Below, in pieces: positions 8,323-17,497 of a stretch of DNA of 47,936 bases. A program made the translations under genes and the position numbers. Source of the stretch: Bdellovibrio sp. (GTDB taxonomy: Bacteria; Bdellovibrionota; Bdellovibrionia; Bdellovibrionales; Bdellovibrionaceae); the NCBI GenBank assembly GCA_046318155.1, contig JBKCUU010000061.1, positions 1-47,936 of the forward strand, given 5' to 3'. The notes below the pieces were generated by a model. That model was not told the origin of the DNA, searched no databases, and saw nothing but the letters and a program-made list of their open reading frames with translations. Numbering within the stretch: the stretch's first letter is position 1; each line of letters opens with the position of its first letter.

Positions 8323-9816
8323 TCAAAAGGCCACGTCGAAACGCAGCGAAGTCACCGTCGCTTCTTCTATCGTTTTTGAAAAACTTGGCCCCGACACGAC
8401 TTGAACATCTGGCTGGATCGCCAGACCCGATCCCAGTTCGAAGCGATAGGTTAGCTCCCAGGTCATTTCATCGTTCCGCAGTTCATTGCCAGCGCCCAGT
8501 TCGACTTCTTTAAAAAGCTCTGAAGCCGTCACTCGCGTCAGGCCAAGCCCCAGCTGATCTTTTGGTCTGGCAGTGAAAGGCCCCTGCCAGTTCGCGCCAG
8601 CCTGGAGATTGGTTGCCACTTCGTTGACATTTGGATTAGCAACTCCATAACGGGTAAACACAGAAAAGCTTTCAGTGACCGGAACATCTAAAAGCACATA
8701 AGCTCCCGCATTTGTCGCCTGCTCGGCCACTGTATTGGCGGCCGGATCGGTGAGAGTGTAACTTAAGTGATCCACGGTCTTCGTATACATCCATCCTCCG
8801 AACGCCAATTTTCCCAGCCGCTCACCTCGTGGCCAGGTCTGGCCCGCTTCAGTGATAACCAGTGAACCCTGGTCAGGGCCCCATACGACAAGGTTGCCCT
8901 TCTGGGTCTCAGCGTTTCCAGCCACGGCACTCAGCACTGCCGACTGCAAATAAGTTCCCGAGCCATCCGTAACTGCAACCCGAACCGCCGGAGCTGCGTA
9001 CGGAAAGATCGACGGTCCCAAAACTCCAGTCTGTGCAAGTTCATGCCCCGGACCGAAAGAAGAATTCAAAAAGACGCCAGAAGAACCCGTCGAATAGAAT
9101 TCACTGGCAAGATCATAAAGGCCAATGATGATCGACGAGCGATCCTCATTCCAGTTCTTTTTGACCTGCAATTCGAAAATACGAAAATCATCCACAGGTG
9201 CTTCAATATTGCTCGTCACCTGCCGGTCACCCACGTGTGCTGATGGTGTATGGCCACCGTTGGCGCCGCTATTGCCGAGGCCATAAATTAAAAAACTCCA
9301 ACCCGACCAACCAACGGCTTTTTCAAGATCAACGGCTAATTTGACATCCAAATTGTCAACATAGGACTGCTTTTGTTCGACACCACCTTTGACCACCTTT
9401 CCAAATTCACCCTTGTACCCGAATTCAAACTCATATCCAGCTTCGGCCGCGCGAGCCCTTGTACCTCCCCAGTCCCCGGTCAAATAATCATCGGCTGGAA
9501 ATGTTGGCGCCGCCGGGCTCGCCGCCAGAGCAGGCGACAACGAGCTTTCGACCGGAGCGGATTCGGAGGCCACCTGGCGGGGAAGATCAACTTTCTTGAC
9601 GGGAACAGTCTCTCGAACTTGAGGACGTTCGGCTTTACCCGTCTTGACTTTGATCGGAGATTTTTCAGTCGATGGTTGATCCGCTGAGGATTTGATGGAC
9701 CGATCCTTCAGGGCTCGGAATCGTTCATAAGCATCGACAGCTGAACCGGCCCTTGCTCCATTGCAAACAGCAATCATCAAAGATAACATCGAAAAAAAAA
9801 CTCTGGATCCCATCAT
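8323..9816 (-). CDS. oprB: OprB-family carbohydrate-selective porin with low-complexity N-terminal extension
   Basis: DYLTGDWGGTRA, VDLEKAVGWSG, QVTSNIEA, GVFLNSSFG, GPSIFPYAAPAVR, ELTYRF, IQPDVQ and a terminal F. Confidence 0.85.
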   Translation of the reverse strand: MMGSRVFFSMLSLMIAVCNGARAGSAVDAYERFRALKDRSIKSSADQPSTEKSPIKVKTGKAERPQVRETVPVKKVDLPRQVASESAPVESSLSPALAASPAAPTFPADDYLTGDWGGTRARAAEAGYEFEFGYKGEFGKVVKGGVEQKQSYVDNLDVKLAVDLEKAVGWSGWSFLIYGLGNSGANGGHTPSAHVGDRQVTSNIEAPVDDFRIFELQVKKNWNEDRSSIIIGLYDLASEFYSTGSSGVFLNSSFGPGHELAQTGVLGPSIFPYAAPAVRVAVTDGSGTYLQSAVLSAVAGNAETQKGNLVVWGPDQGSLVITEAGQTWPRGERLGKLAFGGWMYTKTVDHLSYTLTDPAANTVAEQATNAGAYVLLDVPVTESFSVFTRYGVANPNVNEVATNLQAGANWQGPFTARPKDQLGLGLTRVTASELFKEVELGAGNELRNDEMTWELTYRFELGSGLAIQPDVQVVSGPSFSKTIEEATVTSLRFDVAF

Positions 9817-9858
9817 TCCCCCAAAAGTGGCAAAAACATCAAAACAAAAATTCTCAAC

Positions 9859-11736
9859 TTACGAAGACTTTTTGAGCGACCAAGTCTCTCGCGCAGTTTT
9901 TGGAGCACAGGCTTCAATCAATCTTCGGCGCAATCCCAAAAGATCACCCACTTCATGAACACATCGAGCTTGAATCACTTCGCGCGGCATCCCAAAAACC
10001 ACACACGAATCGGCCGATTGAGCCATGACCCAACTGCGAGTTGATTTATACAGATCCATCGCACCGCTGCAGCCATCTTTGCCCATGCCAGTCATTACCA
10101 AAGCGATGCTTGTCGCCCGTGTTTGAGCGACGGAGCGAAACAAGACATCCACCGCCGGCCGGTGGCCGTTTTCGCTGGGTGTTTGCAGACGCGCGAGCAC
10201 AAATCTTCCCTCTTTTTCGGTGACCCCAATATGGTAGTCGCCCTGGGCGATGTACAACATATTTTGCACCAGAGGCTCCGCTTCTTTCATCGTTGAAACC
10301 AGGAGTCCAGAGGATTTCCCAACGCTCTGCCCAAAGTGCGTGGCAAAAAACTCATTGGTGTGTTGAACAATCAAAATAGGCGGCGTCGGCTTGGGAAACT
10401 GTCGCAACAGTTGCCAGATGGCTTCGGGCCCCCCCGTACTTGCACCAATTAAAATCAAATCTGGTGGGCGGGCCGCATTCATAAATTGGGGCCGCTCTTT
10501 GGGGACAACAAAAAAGTCTGAAGAGAGTTGCGGATTCAAGAGTGCCTGAACGGTCTCGAGCAAATTCTTCGAATTTTCATGCAGCCCGGCTTTATCAAAA
10601 AAGTCTTGAGCTCCCCTATCAAGGGCCCCAAAACCAACTTGTGCGTCCGCTGGATCACAGGATGAAATCACAATGACCGGCATTTGATAGCCGAGACTTC
10701 GTATTTCACGCAGCCAAACCGCACCGTGCTTGCCGGGCATCTCAAGATCTAACGTAATCAGGTCAATGCTTTCTTGTTTTAGAATCGCTGCCGCCAGCGC
10801 GGCATTTTCCGCCGTGAAAACTTTAAAGCCTGAGCGCGACAAAATCGCTCCGATCAGTTTTCGCTCAACAGCCGAGTCATCGACCACTAAAATTTGCGAT
10901 ACGGCTTGGGCCTTGAGGTCGCCGGCACCGCCTGCTTTGAGGGTTTTTCGGTAAACCGAGCCGCCCGAACTCTCGAGTCCATGAATTTTTTGAAACAAAG
11001 CCTCGCTAGAAGCTAAAAACAATGAACCTTCATTTCTCACCAATCGCAATATTCGCAAAATCAGCAGTGAAACTTTTCGGGGGTGAAAGTAAATCAACAG
11101 ATTACGGCAAAAAACCACATCAAATGAGTCTACAAATTCAACCGGAAAGTCTTGATCAACATTCAAGACTCGAAACTTCACCCGATTTGTCAAAGCCTTG
11201 TCAATTTTGAAGTAGTTCTGACATTTAGACCACAAAACGTACTTCTGGAAGTTTTGCGGAATTTGCGAGGACTGTTCTTTCGAATAGACTGCCCTTTGCG
11301 CAGTACCTACAGATAAAGAGTCAATGTCGCTAGCTTCGATCTGGTAATCGATCTCAGGAAGTTCAGATTTTAGATTTTCTAAAACCATGGCCAAGGTAAA
11401 TGCCTCTTGCCCTGTTGAGCAAGCCGCACACCAAATCCGAAACTTTTTTTGGCCACCTGCAGACTTTTCACGGATTAGTTTTTCGAACTTATTAAACTGG
11501 TCGGGCTCACGAAACCAAGAGGTCGTATGAATCGTGATGGCAGAAACGAACTTTTGAAAATCTGCTGAATCAACTGAGATCCGCTGTAAGAGTTCGGTCA
11601 TCGAATTGGCCTTCAATTCGGACATCAGCGCCTTCGTACTCGTTAACAGGTGCTGTCGTCGATCCTCGCTGGAGTAGAGAGTACCCGTCAGTCGTTCAAC
11701 CAATTGGATTAAGAGAGCCATGTCTGCATGGATCAT
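9859..11736 (-). CDS. CheR methyltransferase - REC - CheB methylesterase fusion (copy 2)
   Basis: CheR: TTSWFRE, RIWCAACSTGQE, ASDID, VFCRNLLIYF. REC: LVVDDS, TLDLEMP, GAQDFFDK. CheB triad: IGASTGG, VQH, TGMGKDG. Confidence 0.88.
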   Translation of the reverse strand: MIHADMALLIQLVERLTGTLYSSEDRRQHLLTSTKALMSELKANSMTELLQRISVDSADFQKFVSAITIHTTSWFREPDQFNKFEKLIREKSAGGQKKFRIWCAACSTGQEAFTLAMVLENLKSELPEIDYQIEASDIDSLSVGTAQRAVYSKEQSSQIPQNFQKYVLWSKCQNYFKIDKALTNRVKFRVLNVDQDFPVEFVDSFDVVFCRNLLIYFHPRKVSLLILRILRLVRNEGSLFLASSEALFQKIHGLESSGGSVYRKTLKAGGAGDLKAQAVSQILVVDDSAVERKLIGAILSRSGFKVFTAENAALAAAILKQESIDLITLDLEMPGKHGAVWLREIRSLGYQMPVIVISSCDPADAQVGFGALDRGAQDFFDKAGLHENSKNLLETVQALLNPQLSSDFFVVPKERPQFMNAARPPDLILIGASTGGPEAIWQLLRQFPKPTPPILIVQHTNEFFATHFGQSVGKSSGLLVSTMKEAEPLVQNMLYIAQGDYHIGVTEKEGRFVLARLQTPSENGHRPAVDVLFRSVAQTRATSIALVMTGMGKDGCSGAMDLYKSTRSWVMAQSADSCVVFGMPREVIQARCVHEVGDLLGLRRRLIEACAPKTARETWSLKKSS

Positions 11737-13607
11737 GCAACCACCAGGCGTCGACGAACCGAGGCAAAGCTATGCCATTTTTCGCGCAGTCCTTCGACGT
11801 CCCCGACAAAGCAGACCGCCCCCGTTTCAATCGCCTTTCGAGGCATTCCAAAGACGACCGAAGACTGCTGATCTTGAGCCATCGTATAACAGCGGCCGGC
11901 GGCGTAGAGATCCGGAACCGCCAGCGAACCATCGGCACCCATTCCCGTCAGGATCATGCATAACGAATCCACATTTGCAGACAGTAATGAGCGAAACAAG
12001 ACCTCGACACTTGGGCGATGACCATTTTGCGCGGCCTGAAAATTCGGATGAATCATCAATTCGGACCCGCGTCTATAGATCTCGAGATGATGATCTCCGT
12101 CGGCTAAATACAAGTGTCCAGCTTTGAGAGGTGTAGGCCCCTCAATCTCAGCCAAAGGAAGACCCGAATACCGAGCCAATCGTCGCGCAAAGGGACGATT
12201 AAACTCAGGGCTCATGTGCTGAACAATAACGATAGGAGGCCCGTCAAGTGGCGGTGCGGTCAAGAGCTTTTGCAAGGCCTCAGGCCCCCCGGTGCTTGCG
12301 CCGATGACGAGAACTTCAGGATTGAATTTTTGCTTCGAAAACTGGGCGGTCGGGTAGTAGCCCCCACGAGATGTTTTAGCGAAAGCAAGTGATTCAAAAA
12401 TGGCCCGGATCTCATCGGGACTTTGCGACAAACGATTTTTAAGCAGATACTCTTGCGCTCCATTGATTAAGGCACCAAAAACGCGCTCCGCATCTTGAGG
12501 ACTCGAATCACTCACAATTACAACCGGAACCTTCAAACCCTTGCGGCGTTGTCGCTCAAGCCAAACTCCACCATTGTCGCCAGGTAGATTCAGATCCAAG
12601 CTAATCACATCAAGACTTTCGCCTTGGTGATCCGACAGGAAGGTATCGGCTTCTTCGGACGAAGCACACTCGTGCACGTCGAAAGTCGGAGACAAAGTCC
12701 GGGCCACAACTTTACGTACAGTCGCGGAGTCCTCTATCACCAAAGCAACGGGTCGTCTTTTTTGTTGAACTGAAGAGATCACGCCGGCGGCCGAATTTTC
12801 TAACTTGCGGTAACTGCTTCGCCCAATTGGGTGAAGGCTCGCCAAATTGACAAAGCGATCACTATGTCCAAGCACCAAAAGACCTTGATCTTGCAAAAGT
12901 CCAAACAAACTCTGCACAACCATTTGCTGCTTCTCATGACTGAAGTAAATTAAAACATTGCGAGCCAGAATCACATGTAAAGAAGATTCAAAATCTGTCA
13001 ACTGTAAGGTCAGCAGGTTCAAATCTCGATATTTAAATCTTTTTCGAAGTTGTGCATCCAAGGCAAAATACCCATGCGCGCGTCCATGGCCGACGTTAAC
13101 ATCTGCACGAAACAGCTCGGGAATTTGCGTTAGTGCTGCAATCGGATAGATCGCTCGGCGACAGGTCTCAACACTGATCGGGTCAACATCAGAAGCATAA
13201 AACTCGACACGCTCGAAATCCTCAATCTTCAGTTTCGATTTCAAAACCAAGGCCACCGAGTAGATCTCTTCACCAGTGGAGCAAGCGACCGAAGCGACAC
13301 GAAAACTTCCCGTCCGATTGTTTCGAAAAAACTTTTGAGCTTCTTTCAGTAAAAGCTCAAAATGCGGAGCCTCACGAAACCAGGACGTGGTGTGAATCGA
13401 AACGGCAGAAATCAATTTTTGATAAACCGACTCGTCTCTCTTTGAGAGCATCAACAGTTCTTCGAGACTTTTAATCTCCAGCGAATTCATCAGCGCATCG
13501 ACATTCTGCAAAAGATTGTCATTGCGACTTTCAACGCTTTGCGAGGAACCCGTCAATTTTTCTGCAAGTCGGAAAATCAATTCCGACTCGGTGTTTGAAA
13601 AAGGCAT
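11733..13607 (-). CDS. CheR methyltransferase - REC - CheB methylesterase fusion (copy 1)
   Basis: CheR: TTSWFRE, VACSTGEEIYS, ASDVD, ARNVLIYF, LGHSD. REC: VIEDS, SLDLNLP, GAQEYLLK. CheB triad: IGASTGG, VQHM, LTGMGADG. Confidence 0.88.
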   Translation of the reverse strand: MPFSNTESELIFRLAEKLTGSSQSVESRNDNLLQNVDALMNSLEIKSLEELLMLSKRDESVYQKLISAVSIHTTSWFREAPHFELLLKEAQKFFRNNRTGSFRVASVACSTGEEIYSVALVLKSKLKIEDFERVEFYASDVDPISVETCRRAIYPIAALTQIPELFRADVNVGHGRAHGYFALDAQLRKRFKYRDLNLLTLQLTDFESSLHVILARNVLIYFSHEKQQMVVQSLFGLLQDQGLLVLGHSDRFVNLASLHPIGRSSYRKLENSAAGVISSVQQKRRPVALVIEDSATVRKVVARTLSPTFDVHECASSEEADTFLSDHQGESLDVISLDLNLPGDNGGVWLERQRRKGLKVPVVIVSDSSPQDAERVFGALINGAQEYLLKNRLSQSPDEIRAIFESLAFAKTSRGGYYPTAQFSKQKFNPEVLVIGASTGGPEALQKLLTAPPLDGPPIVIVQHMSPEFNRPFARRLARYSGLPLAEIEGPTPLKAGHLYLADGDHHLEIYRRGSELMIHPNFQAAQNGHRPSVEVLFRSLLSANVDSLCMILTGMGADGSLAVPDLYAAGRCYTMAQDQQSSVVFGMPRKAIETGAVCFVGDVEGLREKWHSFASVRRRLVVA

Positions 13608-13630
13608 AAGAAGACTCCGTTCGAAAACGA

Positions 13631-15319
13631 CTATGCCCCTTTTTTAAAATCCTGATCGTCCGCCGACAGTTCATAACCAGAAGAGCCAGTCGGGATTCCA
13701 CGATTGGCAAGCTCTTCGACCAATTGGTTCAAATCCGATCCCTCACCCTGCATCGAGGTTCTTGACTTCACAGAATTTACTTTCAACGAACCACTATTCT
13801 CTTCCCTTGAGCGATCTTGCGCCAGATTCTGGCCCAGGCCCGAGATTAATTGCGTTAATCGTTGCATCTTATGGTTCAATTGCTGGCCAGCCTCACCCAA
13901 TTCCTCAGCCCTTTGGGAAGCGATGGAGGAGGCTTGGGAGTTGGTTTGCGCCGACGTATTCATCTGGCGCATGGCCGCATTTGTCTGATCGATTCCGATT
14001 TGCTGCTGTTGAGTCGCTTCATTAATAGAACGCACCTGTTGATTGATATCTTCGATTTGTGTCGAAATCCGGTTGAAAGATTCAAGAGCCAATTGGCTGA
14101 CCTTATTGCCTTCCGTCACACGACTTTGAATCATGTCCAAGGTCTCTTTGACCCGTTGCTGGCTTTCGCTGAGCAAAAGCTCAATGTCTTTTGCCGCATG
14201 GCCGCTCAATTCAGCAAGATTCCCAACCTCTTCAGCAACAACCGCAAAGCCCCGACCATGTTGACCCGCACGAGCCGCCTCGATCGAGGCGTTGAAGGAC
14301 AAGAGTTGAGTTTTGAAAACAATATCATTAATTATCAAAGTTTTGCTGTTGATGTTTTCAATCACTTTCGACAGGTCTTGCAATTGTGTGTTGCTCTTTT
14401 GAATCGCGACCATCGCGTGGGACATCCGATCCATGATCTGTTTGCCCTCTTCAGTCCGATTGAGCGCCCCTTGCGAAGTCTCGAGCGAGAGTTGAACGTT
14501 CTGGCTGGTTTGCCCGATCATGCTGGCCATTTCTGCCAGCGCCGACACTGATTCCTGGATGGCGGCAGATTGCTCCACTGTCGAGGCTTTCATTTTATGG
14601 GTCTCAGATTGCACGCTCGTCGTGGCATGATTGACCATTTGAACTACGTCCGAGGTCTCGCGCGCCAAGGCCTCAAAAGACTTTCGAGTCCAAATAAAAA
14701 TAACCACCGAAACAACCAAACTCAAGACCAGACTCGCGAGCGACAGCAGCGTCAAATCACCGACAATACCGATCCCAGCAAGGCCTTTTTGCGCAGCTTC
14801 CGCTTGTGAGGCGTCAGTCAATTTTTCCATGGCTACTTCGAGGATTTCAAAAAGTTCATTGAACTTGGAATACTCACCCGCCGCTAAATCACGTTGACCT
14901 TTTTGCAAGCGACCGACAATCAGGCTGGCCGAATCGCTATAGGCGCTGGCGATCTCTTGGGTTTTAAGAATCTCGGCTTTTAGCTCAGCGCTGATTTCAA
15001 GTTTTTGCATATTTGCAAAAATATCCATGAAGCTCTCTTTGTGATCAGACAGTTCTTTCGCAACATCATCCAGTTTATCGGTTTGGGAGTTCAAATCGTA
15101 ATAAAGCCCCTGCGAGACAGTTCCCTTGATCCCGTCGTGGTGCATATCGGCGATCGCCAAACTCTTGGTGGCTGGGAGCTGTATATCGGCAACATGGTGC
15201 AAGGTCCCCAGCAAACTTTTGGCTTGGGTAATGGCAACCCAAACCAGCACGCCCTGAAAACTCATCAATGCGGCGATCAATAAGAACATTCTAAACTTAA
15301 GACTCATTTGTCGACTCAT
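13631..15319 (-). CDS. Methyl-accepting chemotaxis protein (2 TM, helical periplasmic sensor)
   Basis: Two TM segments and the signalling tip INDIVFKTQLLSFNASIEAARAGQHGRGFAVVAEEVGNLA. C-terminal tail SADDQDFKKGA. Confidence 0.95.
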   Translation of the reverse strand: MSRQMSLKFRMFLLIAALMSFQGVLVWVAITQAKSLLGTLHHVADIQLPATKSLAIADMHHDGIKGTVSQGLYYDLNSQTDKLDDVAKELSDHKESFMDIFANMQKLEISAELKAEILKTQEIASAYSDSASLIVGRLQKGQRDLAAGEYSKFNELFEILEVAMEKLTDASQAEAAQKGLAGIGIVGDLTLLSLASLVLSLVVSVVIFIWTRKSFEALARETSDVVQMVNHATTSVQSETHKMKASTVEQSAAIQESVSALAEMASMIGQTSQNVQLSLETSQGALNRTEEGKQIMDRMSHAMVAIQKSNTQLQDLSKVIENINSKTLIINDIVFKTQLLSFNASIEAARAGQHGRGFAVVAEEVGNLAELSGHAAKDIELLLSESQQRVKETLDMIQSRVTEGNKVSQLALESFNRISTQIEDINQQVRSINEATQQQQIGIDQTNAAMRQMNTSAQTNSQASSIASQRAEELGEAGQQLNHKMQRLTQLISGLGQNLAQDRSREENSGSLKVNSVKSRTSMQGEGSDLNQLVEELANRGIPTGSSGYELSADDQDFKKGA

Positions 15320-15333
15320 CTTGCGCTCCGCTT

Positions 15334-15777
15334 TTATGCTGCTTTAAACTCGCTCTCAGTGAGAGAGCGATGTAGGTCAATAATTGTAACTAAGCTTTCT
15401 GCTTTTCGGCCGATCCCGATCAAATACTGCTGTTCCATTTTGGATTGAACGGCGGGCTTTAGATCAACATCAGTTGTGCTGAACTCATGAACTGACTCAA
15501 CTCGGTCAACAATCGCCGCCAGCGCACCTTTTTCGGTATCACAAAGAAGCATCGAGGTGCGCGAACCAGTTGTGCCATCAAGTCCAAATTTGATCCGCAG
15601 ATCCAAGACACCCACAATTGCACCGCGGACATTGATCACCCCGGAGAAGTGGCGAACCATGTTGGGCATAAACTTGGGCGTTTGGTACTCAAGCACTTCG
15701 CGAATCGAAAGCAGTGGACTTGCATACAAGCCGTCCCCGATTCGATAAATCAAACAGCGGTATTCGTCTTGAGTCAT
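15334..15777 (-). CDS. cheW: Chemotaxis coupling protein CheW
   Basis: IREVLEY, FSGVINVRGAIVGVLDLRIKFG, AIVDRVESV, YLIGIG. Confidence 0.92.
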   Translation of the reverse strand: MTQDEYRCLIYRIGDGLYASPLLSIREVLEYQTPKFMPNMVRHFSGVINVRGAIVGVLDLRIKFGLDGTTGSRTSMLLCDTEKGALAAIVDRVESVHEFSTTDVDLKPAVQSKMEQQYLIGIGRKAESLVTIIDLHRSLTESEFKAA

Positions 15778-17495
15778 GCCGAAGCCTCCCTTGCATTTGT
15801 TCTGCGAATGAAATCATTGGCCAGTTGGCCAATATCAACAATTAATCCGGGCTCACCATTGCCAAGAATAGTTCCACCCAAAATTCCATAGGCTCCACTG
15901 ATGTTTTCATTGAGTGGTCGAATCACAATTTGCTGCTGCCCGTGGATGCCATCAACCAAAAGCCCGAGGTGTCGGCCTTGCGTCTGGGCAATGATCAAAG
16001 TACGTCTTTGTCCGACCTGAAACTTGATATTGACCTTGGGCCTTAGTAGCGATTCAAGATCTTGAATCGGCAAAGCACGATCTTGAAACGACATCATATT
16101 GCCAGTTGGAATTAGAAAATCTTTTGGCAAATTGACGACCTCTGAAATCGAGCCCATCGGCAGGACATAGTTTTGTCCCGAGAGCTTGATCAACAGCGCA
16201 TCGATGATACTGACAGATGTTGGCAAAGTAATCGATAGCTTTGTCCCCTGCCCTTCTTCAGACTCTAAATGAATCGTCCCCTGGAGCTCTTCGAGGGTCC
16301 GGCGAACCACATCCATCCCAACGCCACGGCCCGAGACCTCGGTTACTTTTTCAGCCGTAGAAAATCCTGGAAGAAAAACATAGTTTAGAATCTCTTCACG
16401 AGGTGGTTTTGAACCCGCGACGACGAGACCACGTTCGATTGCTTTTTCTAGAATGCGCTCGGACGAAAGTCCCTTGCCATCGTCTTGGACAATGATCTCG
16501 ACACCAAAGGTGTCTTGGCGGGCGATGATCGCAATCTTTCCCTTAGCAGGCTTTCCCGAACTCGCCCTTTGGGCTGGGATTTCAATGCCATGATCAACCG
16601 AGTTGCGAACGATATGAGTCAAAGGATCAATGATTCGCTCAATGACTGTTTTGTCGAGCTCAACTTCACTTCCAAACAATTCGACATCCACCGGCTTTCC
16701 AAGTTCATCGGACAAGGTCAAAATATTTCGCTCGAGCCTTTGAAAAACAGATTGCAGCGGCTGCATTCGTAGCGAAAGGGTCCGATCATAGAGTTCTTTG
16801 GTTAGTTTTTGACTAAGCTGAAGCGAATTACTAAACAAGCGATTCGCATCTTGTTCGCGTCCACGAGTATGCCAAATAATCGATTGATGAATGGAAAGCT
16901 CGCCAATGGCTTGAATCATTTCATCCAGCTTTTGCGCTGATATACGGATAGTCTCGGCCGAGGATGTTTTTTTCTTATCTGCCGCAGGTGTCGGTGTTTT
17001 ACCGCCAACAGCAGTCTGTGGCACCTTCGACGATGACCCTGGTTGGACATGACTTTCAAGAATTACTGCCACCTCGTCATTTGCCGTGATCTCGCGCTGG
17101 TCGAGGGTTGTCTTCATGGCAGCTTGGCAGCGCCGAGTAATTTCATCGGTTCCCGAAGGAGTGTAGGCCGCATCCACAGCGACTTCGCGAAACCAGTTCA
17201 GAAGAACCCCTTGGACTTCGAGCAGACTTTGAATCACGGACCCCGAGACTAACGCGTGACCGTCTCGAAGTTTCGTGATTTCATCTTCGATCTGATGAAT
17301 GAAGTCGCCGATGACCATCAATCCGACGGCCCGGGCCCCACCCTTTAAATTGTGAGCAATGCGAAAAAGTTCCTGAACTTGCTCGCCGCTAACCTCTTTC
17401 TTCATTTCAAGACAAAGACTTTCCCAGCGGAGAAGAAGATCTTTTGCCTCATCACAAAATCCTGCCAAGATTTCTTGATCAAAATCTGCGGACAT
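15774..17495 (-). CDS. cheA: Chemotaxis histidine kinase CheA (Hpt-P3-P4-P5; no obvious P2)
   Basis: Hpt ELFRIAHNLKG, ETIRISAQKLD, LRMQP, DPLTHIVRNSVDHGIE, DDGKGL, FLPGFSTAEKVTEVSGRGVGMDVV, GGTILGNG. Likely start MSADF at 17495. Confidence 0.95.
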   Translation of the reverse strand: MSADFDQEILAGFCDEAKDLLLRWESLCLEMKKEVSGEQVQELFRIAHNLKGGARAVGLMVIGDFIHQIEDEITKLRDGHALVSGSVIQSLLEVQGVLLNWFREVAVDAAYTPSGTDEITRRCQAAMKTTLDQREITANDEVAVILESHVQPGSSSKVPQTAVGGKTPTPAADKKKTSSAETIRISAQKLDEMIQAIGELSIHQSIIWHTRGREQDANRLFSNSLQLSQKLTKELYDRTLSLRMQPLQSVFQRLERNILTLSDELGKPVDVELFGSEVELDKTVIERIIDPLTHIVRNSVDHGIEIPAQRASSGKPAKGKIAIIARQDTFGVEIIVQDDGKGLSSERILEKAIERGLVVAGSKPPREEILNYVFLPGFSTAEKVTEVSGRGVGMDVVRRTLEELQGTIHLESEEGQGTKLSITLPTSVSIIDALLIKLSGQNYVLPMGSISEVVNLPKDFLIPTGNMMSFQDRALPIQDLESLLRPKVNIKFQVGQRRTLIIAQTQGRHLGLLVDGIHGQQQIVIRPLNENISGAYGILGGTILGNGEPGLIVDIGQLANDFIRRTNAREASA

Positions 17496-17497
17496 CC

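Noticed and set aside
13862..14551. Long antisense ORFs (also 36588-37238, 30731-31273, 23984-24508)
   Set aside because: They lie opposite well-supported genes and have no recognisable motifs, so they are best explained as codon-bias shadows.
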